Part shown: piece by piece, positions 38,292 to 48,790 of the stretch
Layout: every line of letters starts with the position of its first letter
How positions within the stretch are numbered: the stretch's first letter is position 1
NCBI GenBank assembly: GCA_002633005.1
Contig: NMRA01000398.1
Location: 257,202-321,201, forward strand
From: Phoronis australis
Taxonomy: Eukaryota > Animalia > Phoronida
Length of the DNA: 64,000 nucleotides
Direction of reading: 5' to 3'
Made by a program: the position numbers and the translations under genes
The notes under the pieces: generated by a model
Told to the model about the DNA's origin: nothing
The model's database searches: none
The model's input: the letters and a program-made list of their open reading frames with translations, nothing else

Positions 38292-39671
38292 GTAGTGTTG
38301 CTTCTGGCCAGTCTCACCACAGCAGGAGCCAATGTGGTGCTGTCAATCAAAAGCTACTACAATTATCCATACCACCAAACGGTGACGAAGATATACACAG
38401 CTGACAAGCCCTTCCCCAGTGTCTCTGTTTGTAATACGGCTCCCACAACATCGAGTAACATGATGCTTATTTACAAGAAGCTCGTAAATACTACAGCAAC
38501 ATGTCTATCAAAAGACACCAGAAAGTACCACGAAAAAAACAAAAAATATGGAAGCTTTCCAGTAATGTACGACAACGTTGATGGAATTGACGAGTACACG
38601 TGGAAAAAGGAAGATGTTATAATTGACTGTAAGTATGACAGTCAAAATTGTAATGACAGCAAAATAACTGAGTTTACAAATCCTTATTACGGAAGATGTT
38701 TCACGTTCAACATGGATAACAATGCCCTGAAGAAAACCGGAGACGAGAACGGACTCTCGCTGATCATGTATTCTTACACTTACAGTCCAAGTTTAGAAGA
38801 ACAGATAAATGAGACGTTGACCTATTCCTCTATGGTAGATGCCAACTCTCACGGTCTCAGACTAACCGTGCATAATGAAGGAGAGTTTGTGAATCCGTCC
38901 GTGAATTCTCTAAAAATAGCGCCTGGGTGGTCCACGTCCATTTCTGTTCACCCCGTCAAAACAAGGCGACTTGGTCCCCCATTTGAGTCAAACTGTACCC
39001 AGAAAGACTATTCCGAAAATTATTGGAATTCTAAACCAAATTGTTTACGTGCCTGTGAACAGTCCTACGTGGTGGATAGATGTCATTGCAAAGATTCAGA
39101 TCTGCCGATACACCATCACCCTCAAGTGCCGTTCTGCGGTAACGCCACGGCTATCGAAAATTGCACTCAAGCAAAGTGGTCGAACCAAGTAGATTGTATA
39201 CTGAAAGCAAAGAACGAGTTCCAACTAAACTACCATGAGCGCTGTGATTGCCAGGAAGCGTGCGAAGAGTACAGTTTTAAGTTAAGTCAGTCTGCCTTTA
39301 TTTGGCCCAATAACTACGCACCAGCACCGTTTTACAAGCTTTATGTCGAGAACAAGACATCGTCTATTGCCTACAAGGAGATGTCTAAATACAGTATGGA
39401 GTTTAAGCTGAGCAAAAAATTAATTAATCGCCACTTTGCGCAAGTGAATGTATTCTTCAACAACGATGAAGTTGAAGTTATCACCGAGTCAGCAAAATAT
39501 CCCAATTGGACGTGGAGCTTGTTGTCAGAAATCGGAGGTCATTTGGGCTTTTGGTGTGGCGTTTCTATTCTGACTTTGACGGATGCCCTGCTTTTCGGAT
39601 TGAAAGCCATGCTCAGTGGCCGAAAATCTCTCGAGGTCAATGCAAGCCAAGTTACGAATGTTGAAAAATGA
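38292..39671 (+). CDS. DEG/ENaC channel copy 3, exon 2 (intact); FaNaC/WaNaC-like amiloride-sensitive cation channel subunit
   Basis: Acceptor cttcttttcag|GTA. Uninterrupted 459 codons with TM1, FPSVSVCN, YGRCFTFN, cysteine-rich thumb, WP motif and TM2 LLSEIGGHLGFWCGVSILTLTD. Spliced product is about 530 aa from the 33048 start. Confidence 0.93.
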   Translation, partial: VVLLLASLTTAGANVVLSIKSYYNYPYHQTVTKIYTADKPFPSVSVCNTAPTTSSNMMLIYKKLVNTTATCLSKDTRKYHEKNKKYGSFPVMYDNVDGIDEYTWKKEDVIIDCKYDSQNCNDSKITEFTNPYYGRCFTFNMDNNALKKTGDENGLSLIMYSYTYSPSLEEQINETLTYSSMVDANSHGLRLTVHNEGEFVNPSVNSLKIAPGWSTSISVHPVKTRRLGPPFESNCTQKDYSENYWNSKPNCLRACEQSYVVDRCHCKDSDLPIHHHPQVPFCGNATAIENCTQAKWSNQVDCILKAKNEFQLNYHERCDCQEACEEYSFKLSQSAFIWPNNYAPAPFYKLYVENKTSSIAYKEMSKYSMEFKLSKKLINRHFAQVNVFFNNDEVEVITESAKYPNWTWSLLSEIGGHLGFWCGVSILTLTDALLFGLKAMLSGRKSLEVNASQVTNVEK

Positions 39672-42600
39672 CGCAGTTCAAGCACCACAACCTTCCCATC
39701 TTGCTTAACTTGAAAATTTTCCTAACTTGTTTAATGAAAATAGGCTAACGTTCTGGATTCCGTACAGTCGTGTGTGTGACAGAAATCACGATCTACATGT
39801 AGTTAGCATGTTTGGAACGAAAATTTCTACAGTTCAAGAAACTTAGTTTGTTCATCGATACAAAATTATTACCAAAACACTTGTTCAGACCACCGGAACT
39901 TTTAATATTCAAGCGCAAGGTACACACTAAAACAATTTATTTGAGCATTAGGATAGACTCACAGAAATGTTAAGTGATGTTCATGGGAAGAATGCACTGT
40001 TTCAGATACGAAACTGAGCGAAGGGATGTGTTTCTGTTGAATGCCTGTTTGGGAACATGTCAATTGAAATATTTTTTTCACATTTTTGAGGCGTTTGTTT
40101 TGAAGCAGCCATAAACAAAGAGACATTTGCGCACAATATTCCTTGTCACTTTTTTTTTTCAAAGTTAGCAAAGTTCCTCGAATGCATTGAGCTGAGAGAA
40201 TGAACAAAGAACAAGAAGAATACAATATTGATGTCGTTTTTCATAATTTTAAGTGCAATCCATTAAAGTCACAATTTTGTTTACGTTTATATATACATTT
40301 ACTGAGCACACTTCATTGACGGATTTTATTGCCATTTAGGTCGAGACTTCAGTCAGATGAACCATCTCCAAGTATTCTCAAACTGAATTTCATTCAATGT
40401 GAATGTCTTGTTCATTTTTTATTATTGGTGGTGTACCACCTCCTAAGATGACAGCTGTAATGAATAGTAGCTGACTCATTCCTTTTCAGTACTCTCGCAG
40501 CTGCCGCCATAGGTAATGAACTTTCCGCAGGAAAATCCCACGTAAAAATAAACAGAAAACACGCACACCCAGGGATGAAAGTTAAGAAATGAATTCGTTT
40601 TAGATGAAACTCATCTCGAGTTCTGAATCCATGACTGTAAACACCTTGAAATAAGACGCACCTGTGCGTTTACTTGTTTATGGCTTGCTTAAGAGTGGTT
40701 TGTTCAATCAGCCACACTGAAGAAAATTCTTTCGAACATAAAACTGGAGTTGTGATGTGCTTTGAAATAGGGAGATCTTGTGCCTATGTGATAATAAAAA
40801 TGAAATGGAAGTTATAAAATCTAGACAATTACGGGGTTCAGCTTAAAGTAAGGCATTTGCGATTACTAGTGGACATTTTTTTAATTCCGTTAATAATATT
40901 TTGTATGAACTGGTATAGCCCTTGGCAAATTTTTAATGCGTTATTTAAGTGAATATTTTGATTTGTTTGATTATACTTTAAATGTGTTGCAAATCCATCC
41001 GGCATGCAGGCCTTTTAATTTGAAACACACTTAAAATATTGAGTATTGATTTCTTCTTCATTACTTAGACAGATTTGCAATAATGTTTGCGTTCTAAATT
41101 CACAGTCTATGACAGAATGAAAGTTGCATTGGGTGTTTTTAAACATTCAACTTACTTTCAGAACAATTCAGCCAATCAAAGACAATCTTATCACCCGCTG
41201 TACTCATTACACATAACGCGTTCCTGTAGATGGTACACAGCAGTGATCATGAACTAGGAAAATTAGTACCAAGAAGTGACAGTCATGATTCCGCGCGAGT
41301 GAGATCGTTTGGAAAGTTTAAAACACTTCCGGTGGCCATTTTGTATCCGAGCATAAATACATGAAAATAAAACGTGGATCATGCTTAATCACAGATGCTT
41401 AACTAATGCACAGTTGAACAAAAAATGTATAAAAGGTTGAATGAAGTTAAATATCCTCTCTATTAGTTGTATCTCTCCGTTCTCCGTTGCATTATGAGGC
41501 AAAATTGCAAAATAAAAAAAAAGTCCGTGAGAGTTTTGTTAATGCTGAGAATCAAATTGTGTAACTCTTGAAACGCCAGAATACATGTTGAATGAATAGG
41601 TCTCATTTTTAAAAGGATAATGCACATAATGTGGGATAGGAATTACGTGTGTGGTTCACATATATAAATTTCAAGTATCTACTTAATATTTTGGTTTGCA
41701 CCCAATGACCTCTGCCTTATTATACATACACTGGAGAGGATGTGACCCGCCACGTGAAGAGTCTTAGTGAAGTATTTAAAAATGTTCCGAAAATGAAAGA
41801 AACTTAGGAATTCGAAGCATATGAGATAATCATAAAAGTACTTTGATTGGCGTAGATGAAGTAATATCCCACTCAATATTATTCCGCGTATCGACTTCGA
41901 CTTTCGTGGGATTTTGCTTCATCTACGCCACTCTCGGTAGTTTTTGTGGGTATATGATATGGTCAGTCGTTAAGCTAAACGTTGTTTAGACCTGAAAAAT
42001 GCCATAAGTTTAAAATTAAAACACACGAGTATGATTTGCTGTTTGTATTTCACGGAAGAATAACTCTAATTTATCACCGAACAGATCCGTACCTCCGGTA
42101 TGTTGGCCTACCGAAGTGTTTAGGTTAGGGTACGTTCAAAAATTCTATAAATCCGTAATCACGAATTAAAAAAACTCATTTGTATTTTGATGATTTATTG
42201 TTGTAAAACGATGGATTCAAGCATTAACCTGATACCAGTAAGCGTGTTGAGAACTGCTGAACTGACTGTGCCAAGAGCCTAAGACGACATTGACTAAATT
42301 CAACACCTCCGTCTGCTGTCTGGTATCATGTAAAAGAAATGAACTTGCTGTTATCGAGTGGAACTACTGGATATAAATTGGTACACAATACGTTGTTTTG
42401 TGGGTGCATTACCTTTTAATAACTACACATGCCATGACTAAAGATAATCATTTACTTATGTTGGAAGAGTTGTCGTTCTCCCGTTTTTCTGGTGCTAAAG
42501 TTGTGATACAATTCTTTAATTTCGGCTTTCAGCGCCATGAAATAATGTGTGACCACTTCGCTATTTTTCATGATTTTTCAAACACTTGTTCTCTTTAGGC

Positions 42601-42905
42601 ACGAAGTAAATCCTGCTACACAAAACAAAAATCAATAAAAATGTATCTCTTCAATAAAATGAAAAAATGATGAGCTAAAATAAATCTTGGCTACTTTCAA
42701 AAATACTTTCCTTGAAGAATACTATAGACGGCGTGCTGACGGGACAAAATCTTCGCGCTATAGTTTCTGCTCCGTAAAAGGCATGGTGACCGTCTTTGCA
42801 AAAATTTTCATGATGCCAGTGAAGGCATCATCCCCCGCAAAACTACAAGACAAAATTCCAAGTATAAATTATAAAATCAAAAGACTTCTTAGGAAAAGAG
42901 ACAAA

Positions 42906-43147
42906 GGGCCCGTTCCAACAAAACTGACTTAGCTGAGACAAATCTTAAGACAAAACTTTTAAATTTTAAAATTTGTCTCGAGACTGTTTCAAGAGAGAGA
43001 TCTTAAGTTTGAATTAAGTTTTTGATAAACTTTTTGTCTTAATTTTAACAATTTTACCGGATGTAGAAGTTTCAAACTATGGAATTTAAGACAAACCTTA
43101 GACCTAAGTCAAAAATGGACTTAAGTCAGTTTCTTTGACCAGGCCCC
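42906..43147. mobile_element. MITE, PIF/Harbinger-like termini
   Basis: Imperfect TIRs GGGCCCGTTCCAACAAAACTGACTTAG and CTTAAGTCAGTTTCTTTGACCAGGCCCC, with internal TTAAGAC repeats. Confidence 0.55.
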
Positions 43148-43776
43148 AGCTCTTTTGCCGCTCAAAACATACGGGAAATAAACTTCCCGAATCTCAGGAA
43201 ACTAAACGCCAAACAATAAACTTGCAAGGTCTACTGAAATAACATCAATGGTACACATAGATATGTTCACGAGTCACATCTCGAACATCAACCTTACTCA
43301 GTAAACAATAAAACTTGCTTTTATCCTGACACTAACCTTCACTGCGTCTTGTTGTTATTTCCACGATTATACACAGTTCACTTTATCACTAACATGAGTC
43401 AACATATCAGGATCGGCATTTCGATCGTTTGTTGAAACTGGAAGAAGAAGAAATTGAAGCATACATGTCACAACTGGTTTCATTTCTTTACAATTTGTTG
43501 GTATTTCATAACCAGCAAACCGAATTTAGGACAAACTTTGCTGCTGCCAAGCTTTCGACCGTCTCCAAAGTGTTGCAATCATGCAAGAAAATAACTTAGA
43601 TTGTTGCTGCCTGAAACGGCTGCAACAGGCAAGATGAGTATGTCGGTTGCCACATTTGCATGCAAACCTGCCGGTCATTCGTTCTATATGTTAATTGTAA
43701 GTTTCACGACGACTTAGGTGACGAGCGGAACTACACGAGCTGTATAAAATTTCAGAGTCTAACGAAGCTAAACTTA

Positions 43777-44220
43777 CAGTGGTAGATGAACCCTCAAGAT
43801 GAAACGCAAATGGGCGTTCATTAGGAAAATTATGCCGCATAAACGCCCATGGGCGTTTAATTGGTGTTGTAAGTTACATGTATGATGCCAAGTGTCCAGA
43901 TAGTGGGGGTGTTTATTCGGATCATTCCTTTTAAAAGCCCAATCAGAGTCATCTTTCTGTCACAAATTCAGTTTTGTGGAGCATTTATCATTTGCGAAAA
44001 CGATCAAGGTGTTGGCAAACTATGCAATTATCAATATAAAATTAAAAAACACTGTTTTATGTAAAAATTGTCAAAGTCAGCAAAACTATGACTTCCCCTT
44101 TATAAGCCCCCCTTTTCCGAATAAACGCCCCAACGTTTGTTTGGTATTACCAAAACTTCTGAAAACTTGCACTTTCCGAATTCAGACCAGAGGGCTTATC
44201 TCTGGAAAATCCTGGGACTG
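43777..44220. mobile_element. Possible decayed Tc1/mariner-type MITE
   Basis: TA|CAGT ... ACTG|TA ends with internal ATAAACGCCC, ATAAGCCC and GGGCTTAT motifs. TIR match beyond 4 bp is poor. Confidence 0.3.
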
Positions 44221-44385
44221 TATTTTGACGATAGTCTTCATGCAGCTAGCTGACCCGGCTTCATTATGTCTTGAGCTCCGTTTCACCCCGTGCAGTTCCG
44301 TTGACTTATATTGAATCACTGTTGCAAGTTCCGTTACAACTAAATTTCAAAGACATTTGGCAGAGTTAACAACACTTAAATGACA

Positions 44386-45042
44386 ATTATTGGGGACAAA
44401 TAAAACAACAAGAATAATAAATATTTTAAGTTGTATTGGGGATTTCAGGGTCACAGCTCTACAAATAAATATTTCACAGAAGGAACCAGATGGGTTCCTT
44501 AATTACAAGAGATAACACACACATTTCCGATACCCAAAGTGTAACTGGGTATCGGATACTAAGTGGCACAGGTTAGCATAGTACCAAATGGGTACACAAT
44601 ACCAAATGGGTATTGGCCGATTGCCTACCAACTGGGTCGAGCAAAGCGGCAAATTCAATAACAAGTACCAAGTGGGTACAAACTGCCAAATGGGCAAATA
44701 TCATNTGGGTTTGAGGGATCATTAAAATCGAAAGAAATCGGCCGTTAGAAAAGCCATCTGTGGCTACAAATAATAAATAAGGGAAGTATCGTTTGTCCAG
44801 GACAATTAACGACGAACGGGAAGGAGTCTACTAGTTATAAACTTGTCTAATTAGGAGAACTTACGAGTGAATGTACTGTTGCTTGGGGCTGGGCCAACAG
44901 GAAGCTGGAGAGAAAGAACAAAAAGCGCAACCATCGGACTTGGTAGGAACTAACCAGCAGTTGGATATGAAGCATGAAGGGCTCTATAATGGTATTTGCC
45001 CAAATAATAGGATTTATGTCAGAGTGCCATAAATCTCATTAA
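44386..45042. mobile_element. Third copy of family A, interrupted by an assembly gap (N at 44705)
   Basis: Begins ATTATTGGGGACAAATA. Ends TATTTGCCCAAATAAT followed by the hairpin GATTTATGTCAGAGTGCCATAAATC (45011-45035). Confidence 0.8.
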
Positions 45043-47411
45043 TATCACAAATTTTCAATACTAACAAAATGCAATACCTTTCAAATGTATTAAAGGTATC
45101 ATAAAAAACAAAGCTTCGCGTTTCTTCTGCAAAAATTATTTCATGAAAGGAAGCCCCATTGATATCCAAAATGCCATTCGATGATTCCAAGTACTAAGGT
45201 TGCTCGCTTACAAGAATTGTATTGTTGTGTAAAATATTTACAGAAACACTGCTTTCATTCGTGCTTGTCCACTGTCACCCTGTTTTATAATTAAAGATAC
45301 CCAATGTTGTAAACTGACTGCTGGCATTGCCTTCTAGTAAATAGTAGCCATGCTCAGGGCTGCAGCCACTTTGCCTTCCAGTATAACTTACATGTAGCTG
45401 ATCCCAGAATCAAAATTGAGGAAGCGGAATGATCAGATCGACTGAGTTTTCAGTCAAGTAAAACCATATATTTCTCAATTTTCCGTCAATAGTGGAGTGC
45501 TTGTTGTTATTATCTTTCAGTTAAAATTTTGTTAGTCACTCTCCATGTTACGTTTTCTTATCTTCCAAAATGAGTACTGCTAACGTGTACATATACTTCA
45601 TGAAGCGCATTCAAGCGCCTTTTTTCAGCTGCATTGTATACTAAATTTTTGACTCATTTTTAAGAATTAGAATTGTTTGATCCCCTGGCTATCGTAAGTA
45701 GCAAAACATTTGACCTCGCTTACTATATAACCGTCCCGTGACCGCTCCTCATTCGCCATCGCTTTCGGTTACATATGTTTGTTTACTGAATGATATCTCT
45801 ACAACCGCACTGCAACATTTTGAACCATTTCCTCTATTAACGAATAATTGGACCAAGGAATAAACCCAGCAACCACTTTCCCTTTCAAAAACTATTGACA
45901 AAGTAGACGGTGGCCTCTTTCTGGAAAAACTCATTTTACAGTACAGTGTACATTGAAGGACCGAGGACTAGCATGTCTTCACAACCAATTAACAGCATTA
46001 TGTTTCACCCTCCCTAAATCAACGACCATCACAAGTTTACCCCATACGTCTATTCTTATCCCCCTCCTTCTTATTTCGGTAAATGATCTCCGCAAATCCA
46101 CTTCTCTGCAGACTCTGTATGAGGTGATGATGTACACTTTTGTGGTCAAAACCAACAAACAACAAAGCTAAAATCGATGGCGAACCTATTTATTTTGATT
46201 AAGTTGATATTGACGGCACATCGATGACACTAGGGTTCTCTTTCATGACAGTTACCCAAGACTATAACACATAAATTTGGTCATACTTTGGCACGTTACA
46301 ATATCTGCAAAAGGAGTTGTTGAGCGATACAATGTACATCGTCGAAATAGACACACACATTGTTTCGCTAACTTCGGAATATGGAATCAAAGACACAAGT
46401 AATTTGGATTCACAAGAAAACTTAAAATAAAAGCATTTATGGGCGTTAAAACCCACAGCGTAATTTCAGGATTTAAAGGCATGACATTATTTCAGAACAA
46501 ATATCTCTGGTGAATCCATTGCACTGTGGAGCAATGGCCAGGGTCTCAGAAATCGCAAACTGAAGCTGAGTGAAGCGGCACTAGTTTAATGACAAAATGG
46601 CACCGCCAAGGAGCTCAGCAGATGTCCGATAAACATCAACGAGAAATGCAATTGGCAGTTTAATCACACAACTAGAATGGAGTTTATTTTTGTAGCTCTG
46701 ACAAAACCTAATAACTTCAAAAAATCCCAACGGTTTTCATAAACAAGTTTTTCGGCCAGAAAGCCGTATGTACATGTAGTTTCTTTTAAGAGATAAAGTG
46801 ATTCTATGTTCAGCAAGTATTTTTGCTGATACCAGGCTCACCGTAAAATCTGACAAGCCCTTTCTTCTCACCACGCATAAAGATCTGTCGCTCAGCTAAT
46901 TCAGACTCGTTATTAAGCTTTTTAATTTAAAAAAAAAATAAATTTTCCAATTAATGAATACGGTAATTCTCAACGGTTATTCCCAATAAAGGAGACATTA
47001 CGTCTATTGTAAGCTATTTTGACCCCACGTATCCGAATTTGACAGTCAGGGACGTAGAAGAGGGAGCCACCAAAGCAGACCCCTGAATATACCAATATAC
47101 CAAGAACGACAATGAGGTAGTTCAAACATCAGTCATCAAGACATATCCCGTCTCCAGAATCCATGAGCTGCAGTTGCGCCCAATTACCTGGTCACCCAGT
47201 ACAATCGGGTCAGGGCAAACGTGAAAACTTTTTTGTTTGGTTTTTAAATGATTATTAAGAAGTATTCAGTACAATAAATATGCATAACTAGAAACCTCCA
47301 AGAGGCATTCTATCTGGGCTAAAGGGAACTAATGACATTTTGCTTAATATTTACACCTTCGGGTTGAACTAATTAACCAAGGCATGAACTTGACAATATT
47401 TGTGCTTCAAG

Positions 47412-48790
47412 GTAGTATTGCTTCTCTGCAGTCTCACAACAGCAGCAGTCAATGTGGTGTTGTCTATCAAAAGCTACATGTACTACAGTTATCCATACCA
47501 CCAAACGGCGGCAAAGATATACACAGCTGACAAGCCCTTCCCCAGTTTCTGTGTGTAATACTGCTCCCACCACAACGACTAAAATGGAAATTATTTATAT
47601 GAAAATGTTATCAACGGCATCAACATGTCAATCAAACGACATCAAGTTTTATCACGAAAAGAACAAAAAGTATGGAGGCTTTCCAGTCATTTACGATAAC
47701 GTTGACCGAATTGGTGACTACATGTGGAAAATGGAGGTTATCATAATTGATTGCAAGTATGGCAATAACAAGTGTAACGACGGCAAAATAACCGGATTTT
47801 TAAATCCTTACTATGGACAATGTTTCACCCTCAACATGGACGACGATTCTTGAAGAAAACTGGTGACGAGAACGGTCTATCGCTGATCAAATATTCATAC
47901 ATGCATAGAACAAGTAACCAGCAGCGGATAATCCAGTCTTTGATGTATTCCTCTTTGATAGATGCTAACTTTCACGGACTTAAAGTAAATAGGCATGATG
48001 AAGGAGAGTTTGTAAATCTGTCGAGGAATTCTTTAAAAATAGCGCCTGGACTATCTACATCCAGTTTGATTCACCCCATAAAGAAAAAGCGACTTGGGCC
48101 GCCTTTTGAGGCAAATTGTACCAAGAATTCATATTGGAATTCTAAAGAAACTTGTCTACGTGCTTGTGAAAAATCGTACGTGGTTGATAGATGTCACTGC
48201 AAAGATTCCGACCTGCCTATGAGATACTAGCCTGTTGTGCCGTTTTGTGGTAACGTCTCGGGTATCGGCCACTGCACCAAAGCAATGTGGTCGAACGAAG
48301 TAGACTGTATGTTAAAAGCAAAATACGAGCTCCAATTTGAATACCAAAAACGCTGTGATTGCCAAGAAGCTTGCGTAGAGTACAGTTTTAAGTTGTCAAT
48401 CTGCGTTTATTTGACCCAGTGACTACGCACCAGCAGCGTTTCACAAGCTTTTTGTCGAGAATAAGACATCGTTTATCGCCTAGAAGGAGATGTCTAAATA
48501 CAGTATGGAGTTAATGTTGTGGAAAAAAATTAATAAATCGGGACTTTGCGCAAGTGAATGTTTTCTTCAATAATGACGAAGTCGAAGTGATCACCGAGAC
48601 AGCCAAGTATCCCAATTGGACGTGGAGCCTGATGTCAGAAATCGGAGATCACGGGACTTTTGGTGTGGCGTTTCTATTCTGACATTGATCGATGCGCTAT
48701 TTTTTGTTGAACGTCATGCTCAGTAGATGAAATTCACGTGGGGTCAGCAATGTTGCCAATGTATCACAAGTTCATAATGTTGAAAAATGA
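47412..48790 (+). pseudogene. DEG/ENaC channel copy 4, exon 2 (pseudogene); exon 1 not found
   Basis: Acceptor tgtgcttcaag|GTA. Colinear with copy 3 to GTTGAAAAATGA at 48790. Frameshifts near 47546, 47850, 48400, 48540 and 48655; stops TAG at 48228 and 48481; one CATGTA insertion. Confidence 0.9.
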
